Positions 1 through 8,622 of a stretch of 52,386 nucleotides of DNA are shown piece after piece (position 1 is the stretch's first letter; the number at the start of each line of letters is the position of its first letter). A model generated the notes under the pieces. It ran no database searches, was not told where the DNA came from, and worked only from the letters and a program-made list of their open reading frames with translations. The stretch spans positions 1 to 52,386 of IMG/VR virus record IMGVR_UViG_3300028840_005521; one strand, given 5' to 3'. The stretch is from a virus (lineage: Duplodnaviria; Caudoviricetes). Made by a program: the position numbers and the translations under genes.

Positions 1-144
1 ATGTCCCCTTCGTCTGTTTGGTGCTCAGCGCATACTCGAGGCACTCAGCCTCAACTAAGCATTTCGTGCAATAGCTCAACGCTTCGGCCGTGGATTGGCC
101 ACGTTTGGGAAAGAACACGTCGCTATCGACCCCGACACACTGCG
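1..144. repeat. Terminal direct repeat copy 1 (circular assembly overlap)
   Basis: 1-144 is identical to 52243-52386. Confidence 0.97.
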
Positions 145-202
145 CTAGATCACGCCAAGCACCGGCTGGTCCCCAAATGTTGCGCAGATCGTCGTAGAGC
201 AC
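1..202 (-). CDS. whiB: WhiB-family Fe-S transcription factor, 5' part (continues across the junction to 52172; 90 aa in total)
   Basis: Manual translation from GTG at 202: MLYDDLRNIWGPAGAWRDLAQCVGVDSDVFFPKRGQSTAEALSYCTKCLVEAECLEYAL...GTWGG; four Cys and the GxWGG motif; TACACT -10 just upstream (leaderless). Confidence 0.92.
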   Translation of the reverse strand, partial: MLYDDLRNIWGPAGAWRDLAQCVGVDSDVFFPKRGQSTAEALSYCTKCLVEAECLEYALSTKQTKGT

Positions 203-231
203 AATGAAATAGTGTAGCTAACGGTCAGTGG

Positions 232-1152
232 CTACGTGACCACTTTTCCGCCAAGTTCCCGCTTGACCAAATGCAGGCTTCGGAGATCCCTGACCCGCAT
301 CCGGTTCTTCATGGCCCCGCCCAAGCCGATTCGCACCAGTTCCTCCATTGTGTAGTTGGGAAGATGCTGGTAAATCTGGGGAATCCGTATGGTTTCGTCG
401 CGAGTAATCAGGATCACGTCCTCGAGCTTCGCTGAATACAATTGTGCATACCCCTGTGTAGACAGTCGCTTGTCCAGAGTTCCGCTTGGGTCCTCGGCGA
501 AGTCGAAGTGTTCGGGAGGTAATGGTGGCCACCCAACCTTCCCCTCTTGGATGCCCAACGCCTTCTTGATGGCGTCCCTGAGCGTGTATTGGAGCTTGCG
601 GTTCCTCAACAGATACGCCGGGTGATATGCCGGCACCCAGATTCGCCCTTCACGCCACACAGCCCCGCCCTCAACGTCCCCAAATCGCCCCACAGGCCCG
701 ATAACAGCCTCGTAGGCACTCTTCCCCAGCAAGACGCCTACGAACGGCTGAGCGAGCTTCAGTTGCCCTTCGAGGTTCGGTCTGCACGCCTCTATTTCCT
801 CGGCGGTGGGGGTGCGATTGTCAGGCGGGCGACAACAAACAGCGTTAAGTACCATGACATCGCTTCGATCCACGTCACATTCCGCTAACGCCCTGTTAAG
901 TACCTTACCGCTCGGACCAACGAACGGTTCTCCCTGCTCATCTTCGTGACGGCCCGGCCCCTCGCCCACAATCACCAAACGGGCGAGGGTCGGGCCGTTC
1001 CAGGGAACAGGAGCCGTGCAGGATGAGAAAAGAGAACACGACTCGCAGTTGAGGATGGAATGGCGCACCCTCTGTTCCCTGTGGAGTCGAGCAAACTTAC
1101 GTCTGCTCTTCGGTGACTTGGCGTTCTTCGCAGCTTTCAGATAGTCGGGCAA
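232..1152 (-). CDS. udg: Family-4 uracil-DNA glycosylase with C-terminal extension
   Basis: CESC, VGEGPG, PFVGPSG, CRPPDNRTP and YHPAYLLR motifs. Confidence 0.92.
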   Translation of the reverse strand: MPDYLKAAKNAKSPKSRRKFARLHREQRVRHSILNCESCSLFSSCTAPVPWNGPTLARLVIVGEGPGRHEDEQGEPFVGPSGKVLNRALAECDVDRSDVMVLNAVCCRPPDNRTPTAEEIEACRPNLEGQLKLAQPFVGVLLGKSAYEAVIGPVGRFGDVEGGAVWREGRIWVPAYHPAYLLRNRKLQYTLRDAIKKALGIQEGKVGWPPLPPEHFDFAEDPSGTLDKRLSTQGYAQLYSAKLEDVILITRDETIRIPQIYQHLPNYTMEELVRIGLGGAMKNRMRVRDLRSLHLVKRELGGKVVT

Positions 1153-1309
1153 GTAGTTTCTCCAATCGTCTCATTAGGATCTCGCCGTGGCCATCCAGGT
1201 GATCATCGGTGAGAGGGATCTCGCAAAATGGGCAAAGCCTCATATGCCCGGCACCCTGCGCTCTCATCATGCTCCGCACCACCTTTACATGCTCCTCATT
1301 CCAGCTCAT
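1097..1309 (-). CDS. Small hypothetical protein with CxxC/His zinc motif
   Basis: MSWNEEH...CPFCE...HLDGH; start overlaps the stop of the upstream gene. Confidence 0.6.
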   Translation of the reverse strand: MSWNEEHVKVVRSMMRAQGAGHMRLCPFCEIPLTDDHLDGHGEILMRRLEKLLARLSESCEERQVTEEQT

Positions 1310-1545
1310 GGCACGTAATACAGCGGTGGGATGTGCGCATCTGCACCGTGACCGAATTCCCACGTCGCGACCAGCGCTTGATCTTCGGCCCAGTCACGGA
1401 ACACATCAACCGGATCCCACAGCGGCTTGATGACAAACAAGGCACCGCCGTGGCACCAGCCCGTCGGTTCTTCAATAGCCATGTGGGAAAGCGTGTAGCC
1501 ATGCACACATGGTTGCCTCGGGTCTCGCAGCTCCAATTCGATCAC
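1306..1545 (-). CDS. Hypothetical protein
   Basis: GTG at 1545 overlaps the TGA of the upstream gene. Confidence 0.55.
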   Translation of the reverse strand: MIELELRDPRQPCVHGYTLSHMAIEEPTGWCHGGALFVIKPLWDPVDVFRDWAEDQALVATWEFGHGADAHIPPLYYVP

Positions 1546-1739
1546 TTCCTTATCAGTTCCCACGGGAACATGGCGATCACGGCACCAATCAGATAGCCGG
1601 TAAACCCGACACGTACCAAGTCGTTTCCGGGGATCCCTGATCCGTTGTTGGCCCACAGATACACCACCCCGGCCACGGCACCCATCGCGATAGCCGTGAA
1701 GTGCAGAACCGTTCCCCAATACTTTGCTTCACTCTTCAT
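1542..1739 (-). CDS. Small two-TM membrane protein
   Basis: Two hydrophobic segments; coupled overlaps with neighbours. Confidence 0.65.
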   Translation of the reverse strand: MKSEAKYWGTVLHFTAIAMGAVAGVVYLWANNGSGIPGNDLVRVGFTGYLIGAVIAMFPWELIRK

Positions 1740-1935
1740 CTGGTGTTCCTTTCACTAGCTTGCTTGCTTTCTCCCAGTCATGACCAGCTTGGTGATAGTG
1801 CAACCGAAGCTGGCCAAACCAATGCGTGTACCCGAACATCTTTCCCGTAGCCAGCCCCTTAGCTACCTGGATGCCGGCTTCGTCGGTGTGGGCATCGAAG
1901 CAGGACTTGCAAATCCCCTCTGGCCAATCGCTCAT
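1729..1935 (-). CDS. Hypothetical protein (CxxC)
   Basis: MSDWPEGICKSC; ATGA overlap. Confidence 0.55.
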   Translation of the reverse strand: MSDWPEGICKSCFDAHTDEAGIQVAKGLATGKMFGYTHWFGQLRLHYHQAGHDWEKASKLVKGTPDEE

Positions 1936-2138
1936 CGCTTCCCCATTCCCTCGAGCCTCGGCAGGAAATGGTCGTGTGGCTCCACTGGCTTGTGACTGTC
2001 CTCTTCTTCCCCCGAATGGTTCTGGGTACAACCGATGAGCTGGTCACAACGCACACAAATCTCAATATCAGATCCGGGGTAAGTCACCTTCATCGTCTTC
2101 CTGCAGCAACCACATTTCTGTCCGACTCCACTTCTCAC
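1932..2138 (-). CDS. Small zinc-ribbon protein
   Basis: CGCC...CVRC; GTGA overlap. Confidence 0.55.
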   Translation of the reverse strand: MRSGVGQKCGCCRKTMKVTYPGSDIEICVRCDQLIGCTQNHSGEEEDSHKPVEPHDHFLPRLEGMGKR

Positions 2139-2794
2139 AACGCTTCCTGCAACCTCTTCGCCGTCACTTTCCCTATCCCGTCCACCTGCAACATTTCCTC
2201 ATATGTCATGGTCCACACTAGCGGCACGAACCCGCCATTCGCATCCAGCATTTTCTCGGCCGTGTCGGGTCCCACCCCGGGGAACGATTGCAGCACATGC
2301 ATCCCGAATCCCTTGTCACCGAGCTGGCCCCAAGCGTTCTTGGTGGGGCCGGGACGACGTTTCAGACTCGAATGCTTCTTCTTCTCGGCCCAATGCTGCA
2401 ACGTCTCGAGCAGCGTGACCGTGGCTGGCATGTTCCGTACCCAAATGCTCGGCACCCCATATTCGAACATCAGCGAAAACAGTATCCCGTGAACTTGGGA
2501 GAGGCTGATAGAAACATGATCGTTGCTAACAAGCTCCCCATCTGCCGACCACTTGCCGTACCCCTCCAACACCAGCAACACCTGCTTCATCCCGCCCATC
2601 ATGTTGAGCTGCGTATACAGCCGACCGTCGGCGAGAGAAGCAACGAAATCGTTCGGGAACTGTTTGCGCTGGACCCCGATCCGGTGCTTGCCAGCAAGGA
2701 TCATGAAGTCACAGCCGTGGCGTTCCGGCCCGCTTGAGACCTTGCCAATGTCGCGGAGGCGTTGCGGCTCAGTGGGGGAGACGAGGATGCTCAT
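2135..2794 (-). CDS. XPF/ERCC4-type structure-specific nuclease with tandem HhH
   Basis: GCDF...VQRK...DFVASLADGRL..Q core; SFPGVGPDTA and VDGIGKVTA HhH motifs; start re-called at 2794. Confidence 0.82.
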   Translation of the reverse strand: MSILVSPTEPQRLRDIGKVSSGPERHGCDFMILAGKHRIGVQRKQFPNDFVASLADGRLYTQLNMMGGMKQVLLVLEGYGKWSADGELVSNDHVSISLSQVHGILFSLMFEYGVPSIWVRNMPATVTLLETLQHWAEKKKHSSLKRRPGPTKNAWGQLGDKGFGMHVLQSFPGVGPDTAEKMLDANGGFVPLVWTMTYEEMLQVDGIGKVTAKRLQEAL

Positions 2795-2799
2795 CTCGC

Positions 2800-3651
2800 C
2801 TACTCCCCCTTCCTTTGCCGGATCTCCCAGTCCCCTATATCCCGCAGATACGCTTTGACAAATGCTTTCCTCGGCATCTCCCCCACGTTGATAGTGCTTT
2901 TCCCTACCCGCTCTTCCCACACTGCTTCTCGCGCCCTGTCCCCCACCATTACCAGCTGCCGACTCCCATCTTGCCGTTTCTTCATGTGCATGATCGTGTC
3001 GAAGCGATACCCGATACCTTTCTGCCCGACCGGCCACATGCCGTTGGTGATCTTGTAACGCTTCAGCTGGTCTGGGGTGGCGCCACGGTTCACATCCAGT
3101 TTCCGTTCGCTGGTGATCCCGATCGTGTGCGCCCGGGTCTTCATCGTCAATGGCAACTCGAAGCGCTTATACACCTTCGTGATGAACGTCCAGTCCATCC
3201 CTTCGTGCCCACCGAACTGTGCCTTGTGGCCCCGGTTGTCTTCTTCGGCTTTCTTGACCTCGGCCCGCATAGCCAAGAAGTAGTCCTCAGGTTCCTCTCC
3301 CATAACCTCGTTGATGTAGAGATACTGCGCCTCGTCCCAAGCCCAGTCCAACATGTCAACGATGATGACGTCGCCCCGCTTAGCTTTCCTCGAGACTTTC
3401 TTCGACACGTCGAGCGCTTCCCGCATATCGAACGGTTGATGGACCTCTACTAGCCCGGACTCTTCAGCCTCAGGAAACCACAGATCCCCCATCTTGTTCC
3501 AGGTGTGATCAGTGTCAATGATGTGGAACGTGCCTTCAAACCCGTATTTGGTGGCAGCGAAAATCATGTCGGCCCAGCATGTTGATTTCCCTACCTTCTC
3601 GCCGCCATAGATCAGGATGCGCTCAGGGGCGCGGTGTGTCGGTTGGAACAT
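2800..3651 (-). CDS. Sak4/AAA_24-like RecA-fold ATPase
   Basis: Walker A YGGEKVGKS, IIDTD, Walker B IIVD; next to an exonuclease. Confidence 0.8.
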   Translation of the reverse strand: MFQPTHRAPERILIYGGEKVGKSTCWADMIFAATKYGFEGTFHIIDTDHTWNKMGDLWFPEAEESGLVEVHQPFDMREALDVSKKVSRKAKRGDVIIVDMLDWAWDEAQYLYINEVMGEEPEDYFLAMRAEVKKAEEDNRGHKAQFGGHEGMDWTFITKVYKRFELPLTMKTRAHTIGITSERKLDVNRGATPDQLKRYKITNGMWPVGQKGIGYRFDTIMHMKKRQDGSRQLVMVGDRAREAVWEERVGKSTINVGEMPRKAFVKAYLRDIGDWEIRQRKGE

Positions 3652-3652
3652 G

Positions 3653-4666
3653 TCAATCCACCTTCGTGACTCTCGGGAACCGGGACTCTTTCACGTCCTG
3701 GCTCTGGCTAATCAGATCCTTTAGTTCTGATACGTCGATGCCCAGCTTCTCGGCTAGCTTCCCGGTGTTGAGGTAGCTCCGGGTATTGCCGCTACCCAAC
3801 ACCTTGAACCCGCCAGCGACCACTGTCATCCCTTTCGGCACCAACTCGTTGATGCGTTTGTTCACATCTTTGCGTTCCTCTTCGGCCATTTTGCCGCGCT
3901 TGATGTCTTTGCTGAGCCGGTGGTGGTGTTCGGCCAATCCGACGATCACTGCCTGGGTCACCGAGTCAACAGGCGCGTTCTCGTCGTCTTCTTCCGGGGC
4001 GAACGGTAGGTCATCGTGGAGGTAGGGGAATGGGCAGAAGAACTTCTCAGCAGCATCGACGTCGCAGCCGGGCAGCTCACCCTTCTTCCGCCACTTCTCT
4101 GCTTCGATGATCCGGCGCCGAATTTGACTCCACGATATAGGCGGGGTCTTGAGGTGCTGGATATTCAGCTCGCCAGAGTCTCGGTTCTTCACCACGTACT
4201 CGGCTTCCATCGCGTAGAAATGCATCTCGGATGAAATCTGGTATCCGTATTTGATGAACTCGGGCGAAACGAGGGCGGTTGCTGCGTCCGGGTACGACAA
4301 CCACTTCTTGTACCTCGTCTTGCTCATCGACTTGATCTCGATCACTCGGTCTTTGCGCGCCCGGGGCGGACGGCCAATCCCGTCGGGGTGGAAGCGAATG
4401 AAGACTCGAGGGACGATTTTGATATCTACCTGGTCTTGCTGGTGCCCGACTTTCCAGCCCATCTCTTTCAGCGCCTCAACTACGGCGGGTTCATGCAGGT
4501 TGCCCTCAGCTGCGGCGGCGGACATGATGCGGTCGGTGAACTCGCTGCGGTTCTCTTCGTACCCCTGCATCGCAGCAACGAGGGCTTTGACACACGAACC
4601 GACACCTGAGCCACGGTAGATCGAGATGTCACCTTCGCGGTAGGCGATCGGTCTGTTGTCACTCAT
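3653..4666 (-). CDS. Cas4/AddB-like PD-(D/E)xK exonuclease
   Basis: GNLHE, HPDG, IEIKS, YGYQ motifs; N- and C-terminal Cys. Confidence 0.82.
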   Translation of the reverse strand: MSDNRPIAYREGDISIYRGSGVGSCVKALVAAMQGYEENRSEFTDRIMSAAAAEGNLHEPAVVEALKEMGWKVGHQQDQVDIKIVPRVFIRFHPDGIGRPPRARKDRVIEIKSMSKTRYKKWLSYPDAATALVSPEFIKYGYQISSEMHFYAMEAEYVVKNRDSGELNIQHLKTPPISWSQIRRRIIEAEKWRKKGELPGCDVDAAEKFFCPFPYLHDDLPFAPEEDDENAPVDSVTQAVIVGLAEHHHRLSKDIKRGKMAEEERKDVNKRINELVPKGMTVVAGGFKVLGSGNTRSYLNTGKLAEKLGIDVSELKDLISQSQDVKESRFPRVTKVD

Positions 4667-4781
4667 CTGTTTCTCCTAAACCATCGTTTCCACCACGGCA
4701 GGTAAATGCTTACACACACATGACCTCTGTATGCAGAAATCAGCGCTTCGGCGAACTCGTCACTGGGTACTTCGATGAGGG

Positions 4782-5246
4782 TCAATGTGAACCACTCTCA
4801 TTCTTCTTCCTTCTCCTCTTGGTCCGCTCTGCGACATGCTTGTCAATCATGTCGCTGGCTTCCCCCCGCGTTGGTTTCTTGCAGGTACATTTCCAGAGAC
4901 CTTTCATCTCCAGAAACTCCCTCTGCTTGTCTGACATGGGTCGGGAACGCCACAGGGCTTCGGGGTCGTTGAACAGAACCTCTTTTCGCTCTTCCTCTTC
5001 GCGCAATACCTGTTCACGGCGCCTCTCCTGTTCACGAAATGCCACTTCTCGTTGCGCGAGCCGTTCAAGCATTCCGGTTGCTTTCTCGTCGATCTCCCGT
5101 GCCCGCTCTGGTGAGATGTCGGGGGAGGAATCCTTGAGGAAGGCTTCGACCATCGCGTCTTCCCCTTCAGTCTCTCTGAGAGTGCGTAGCCTCTCGTTGA
5201 CAATACGTAGCCTCTCCTTTGCTGCTGCCGTGTCAGTGTCAGTCAT
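4782..5246 (-). CDS. Hypothetical charged protein
   Basis: 154 aa; GAAAGGAA RBS. Confidence 0.7.
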   Translation of the reverse strand: MTDTDTAAAKERLRIVNERLRTLRETEGEDAMVEAFLKDSSPDISPERAREIDEKATGMLERLAQREVAFREQERRREQVLREEEERKEVLFNDPEALWRSRPMSDKQREFLEMKGLWKCTCKKPTRGEASDMIDKHVAERTKRRRKKNESGSH

Positions 5247-5330
5247 GTTTGTTCCTTTCGCCGAGCGCGGGGTGGGTTGGTAGGGGACACCTCACAGCCC
5301 ATATGTTCTCCCACCCCGCCACTCAACTCT

Positions 5331-5534
5331 CTAGGCGTTCTCTTTCGCCTCTTGGATGATCTGTTGCTCGAGTACGTCGATGAGAGACTGAACTTCGTCG
5401 CTGCGGCCGATCTCGTTCTCAGCCATCGTGTTCTCAATCATCTTCAGGAACGTGCCGGGCTTGATAGTCCGGGTCCGCCTCTGGGTCGGGGGTGTCGCCT
5501 TTTTCTTCGGCGTTGGCTTCGGTGTTTCTGTCAT
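5331..5534 (-). CDS. Hypothetical protein
   Basis: AGGAG RBS; 67 aa. Confidence 0.6.
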   Translation of the reverse strand: MTETPKPTPKKKATPPTQRRTRTIKPGTFLKMIENTMAENEIGRSDEVQSLIDVLEQQIIQEAKENA

Positions 5535-5627
5535 TCACATCTCCTAACTATGCCAGCTGGGTGCAGGGCAGAACTGTGTTGTTGCCTCCCTGTCTGCCCT
5601 GCACCCCTACTGCCATGCCACGCGGCC

Positions 5628-6320
5628 CTACTGGCCTTCTGCGAACAGGCCGTCTTCGTCGAGCAGGTCGGCGTGGAGGTCGTCGTACTCTTCAACCTGG
5701 GGGAACTTGTCGAGCGCTTCGTCGACGTAGTCCTCGAAGTCATCGAAGTCGCCAGCGAGCTTCACGAGCTTGCGCCGTAGCGCCTTCTCGCCGCCGCCGC
5801 TGTCCTTCTTCGACTCTGCCTTCTTGCCCTTCTTGGCCTTCTTCTTGGTTTCTGTGACGGAAACAGCGGTTGGCAGCGGCACACGGTATTCCTGCACCTC
5901 GCCGTCGCTGTCCTTGAACGAGAACTCGCGCCGAACCATGTGGAAGGTGAGTCCTTGCCACACCTTGGCCTCCCAGGGAGCTCCACGCTCACCCAGCAGC
6001 TCAGCTTCATCATCGCCGAGACCAACAGTGGTCCTGGCGAGGCGCCCGACACCTGCGGCCGAGTGGAACTTGTTACGGCCAGAGCCGTGCTCCACTGCTT
6101 CACCCTCTTCGACAACCTCCCAGCCCTTACCGGTGCTGTAGCGGTCGCGATGCTCTTCGTCTACCTCTTCGCCGTCCTGGAAGGCCGGCCCTTGGAGGAA
6201 GAGAAAGATGCGGTCGTCGTCGTTCTCTTCGTCGGGTCCGAACCAGGCTGCCTCGACTTGCAAATCATAATCGTCGAGCAGGCCATCGTCGGTACCCCAT
6301 GCGTCATATTGTTTTGACAA
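5628..6320 (-). CDS. Acidic protein, possible ssDNA-binding protein
   Basis: Beta-rich acidic domain, Lys-rich linker, acidic tail; position in the recombination module. Confidence 0.5.
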   Translation of the reverse strand: MSKQYDAWGTDDGLLDDYDLQVEAAWFGPDEENDDDRIFLFLQGPAFQDGEEVDEEHRDRYSTGKGWEVVEEGEAVEHGSGRNKFHSAAGVGRLARTTVGLGDDEAELLGERGAPWEAKVWQGLTFHMVRREFSFKDSDGEVQEYRVPLPTAVSVTETKKKAKKGKKAESKKDSGGGEKALRRKLVKLAGDFDDFEDYVDEALDKFPQVEEYDDLHADLLDEDGLFAEGQ

Positions 6321-6429
6321 TGTGATCTCCGTTCGTCAGATGAACTATTACAGTTGATGGCTTCGCCATCGGATTTGGATTTGCACCTCCATTTCGAATT
6401 GGCATCTCCCAAGTGGGGGTATGAGTTTA

Positions 6430-8592
6430 CTACTTCCCGTTGTTTCTTGCGAGACGTTTCCGTTTTCTCTTCTCCGCAGCCCGAACTAACTCTCGAGACT
6501 TCGGATGGTTCCGGGAAATCACCAGCGCTTCCTTCCACCAATTCGGGAAGAGTCGCTTGTGTTCCCTGAACAACTTGTTGAACTGTTGGTCAAGTATGTA
6601 GGTGTCGCACCAGTCAGACCTGCCCCTCATACCTCGGCCCGTCATTTGCGCAATAGCCCGGATGGTTTGCACTGCGTACCATTTCTGCCCGCCTTTGGAA
6701 TACATGCGAGCCTTCACCATCTTGTCGCCGAGATAGGGGTACGGGACTTTGGCGATGATGATCACTTCACACTCTTCGCCCGGCAAGTCGATGCCGCGCT
6801 CAAACGACGGGGCCAGCAGGACAGCGTTCGGTTGCTCGAGGAACCTGGCCAATGCCCGGTCCCTCTCCTGCGCCGACCAGTACGTCATGATGCGGCGGTC
6901 GGCAAGATAGGTATAGAGGTGTCGAGTGAGTTCGTAACTGACAGTGTGGACGAGGATCCGAGCGAACGGGTGGTCGGCGACAATCTCCGCAACCTGGTCG
7001 ACCAGGATCGGGTATGCCTCTTCCTTGGTTTTCTGTGTCACCCGGGTTTTGCCGACACTGAACACGGGACGGTTTTCAACAGGGAACGTGGAATCCATCT
7101 CGACATATGCCCATTCCCCGTGCTCGAGACCCAGATCCTCGGCCATCTGCTCAGCGGAAATCAACGTGGCGGACATGAGTAGGAACTGGTTTCCCCGGTC
7201 CCACAGCACGCTCCGCGCGACCTCCGCTACCCGCACCGGTTTGAACACCACTGTTGCCTCAGCGACGTCTTTGCCTTCGTACCCTGTCATGACCCAGTTG
7301 TCGCCGAGATCCCCGTCGCCGTCTCGAAGCATCTGTTTGATGCGCGCCTTGATCTGGCCCATACGCCGCAGTTCCCGCCGCGCCTTCACCGAAGCGCCAA
7401 ACATCGACGACTGCTTCGACAGCTCGAGACGGTACTTGTCGATCGCCGGGATCACTTCTTGTGTCAGCCACCGTTCCCAATCATCAGCGACAGTGCGTTT
7501 AGGTATCGTGTCGACCTTGAGTTTCTTCCTCAACCTCGGCCCGATCACTGTTTCGACATGGCTCATCAGTTGGTTCTCGAGCGTGTCGGCCTCGTCGATG
7601 ATCACCAGGTCACGACCGAAGAATCTCGAGCCGTCACCCGTGGTTTCGTGCAGGAAATATGCCGTGTTGAGTATCCCGAGAGGTGCGCTGGCTGCCTCGT
7701 TTTTCGCTACCTGATAGGCACAGGTATGCAGCGACGTACACCACGAACACGAGTCCGGGCCTTGACTCCAGCTGCCGTCACAATCCTCAGCGGTCAAGTC
7801 GTTGCGCAACTCTGTCCGGTAATTTGCCCGGCCCTTAATGACCCGGCCGTAAGAAAAGTCCTTCTCGATTTGGTTCTGCAACGACTTGGTGGTGCAGAGG
7901 AAAGGGGTGGGGACAGACCCGGCGTGGAGGCGCCGAATCGATTCGCCGATCAGTGTCTTGCCGGATCCTGTGGGCGCAGACAGGAACACCACTTTGTATC
8001 CGTCCTGGAAGAACTCAACCGTTTCCTTGACTGCCTCCCACTGGCCTTCTCGGTATTCCCTGAATTGGTGAGGCATCGGTATTGAACCGAACATCGGGTG
8101 GGTGAGGGGCGGAGCCTCATCGGGCAAAGAGAACTCCACCCCCTTTGAGTCACCCACCCGTTGCGGCAGAAGTGGAACGACAGGGGCGATAGGGGAACCG
8201 CTGTCGTCTTCTGCCTGATCTGGGGCTGCCGGCTGAATGTCGAGTAGCGTTAGCTCTTGGGGTGGTTCCGGCTCGGGTTCTTCTTGCATCTCCCCGGCGT
8301 ACTCCATCTCCTCGCGCCGACACAGCATGACCGCTACCTTGTGGGAACAGTTGCGCCGGTACTCGCCACCCATCGATGTTTGGCAGGAACAGAAATACTT
8401 GCCATCCTCGAGACCCACAAAGTACTGCGGTCGGGTATCGCTCAGCTTCGTATCACCCGTGATACGCCAGCTGTTCTCGTCCTTCCCTCGGAACACTTCA
8501 CGCTTCCTGGCACGCTTGATCAGCGACGGTCGCACGTTCAGCGGGGGAAGTGAATCCTCGGTTGCCCAATCTTCTCTCAATCTACTCTCCAC
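6430..8592 (-). CDS. DinG/XPD-family SF2 helicase with N-terminal SWIM zinc finger
   Basis: SWIM CSC...CSH; REGQ, APTGSGKT, Fe-S Cys cluster, IIDEAD, MSAT, RGIDLPG, QMTGRGMR. Confidence 0.9.
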   Translation of the reverse strand: MESRLREDWATEDSLPPLNVRPSLIKRARKREVFRGKDENSWRITGDTKLSDTRPQYFVGLEDGKYFCSCQTSMGGEYRRNCSHKVAVMLCRREEMEYAGEMQEEPEPEPPQELTLLDIQPAAPDQAEDDSGSPIAPVVPLLPQRVGDSKGVEFSLPDEAPPLTHPMFGSIPMPHQFREYREGQWEAVKETVEFFQDGYKVVFLSAPTGSGKTLIGESIRRLHAGSVPTPFLCTTKSLQNQIEKDFSYGRVIKGRANYRTELRNDLTAEDCDGSWSQGPDSCSWCTSLHTCAYQVAKNEAASAPLGILNTAYFLHETTGDGSRFFGRDLVIIDEADTLENQLMSHVETVIGPRLRKKLKVDTIPKRTVADDWERWLTQEVIPAIDKYRLELSKQSSMFGASVKARRELRRMGQIKARIKQMLRDGDGDLGDNWVMTGYEGKDVAEATVVFKPVRVAEVARSVLWDRGNQFLLMSATLISAEQMAEDLGLEHGEWAYVEMDSTFPVENRPVFSVGKTRVTQKTKEEAYPILVDQVAEIVADHPFARILVHTVSYELTRHLYTYLADRRIMTYWSAQERDRALARFLEQPNAVLLAPSFERGIDLPGEECEVIIIAKVPYPYLGDKMVKARMYSKGGQKWYAVQTIRAIAQMTGRGMRGRSDWCDTYILDQQFNKLFREHKRLFPNWWKEALVISRNHPKSRELVRAAEKRKRKRLARNNGK

Positions 8593-8609
8593 GTCACTAG
8601 AGGGGTATG

Positions 8610-8618
8610 AGTATAGCA
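8610..8618 (-). promoter_or_regulatory. Extended -10 promoter (TGCTATACT) for the helicase operon
   Basis: TGn-TAnnnT upstream of the helicase start; same class at 9442, 21799, 22779, 22974 and 34311. Confidence 0.5.
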
Positions 8619-8622
8619 GTGG

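Noticed and set aside
3653-8592. DinG plus Cas4-like genes as a type IV or other CRISPR system
   Set aside because: No repeat-spacer array and no Cas5/6/7-like ORFs seen; the context is phage recombination
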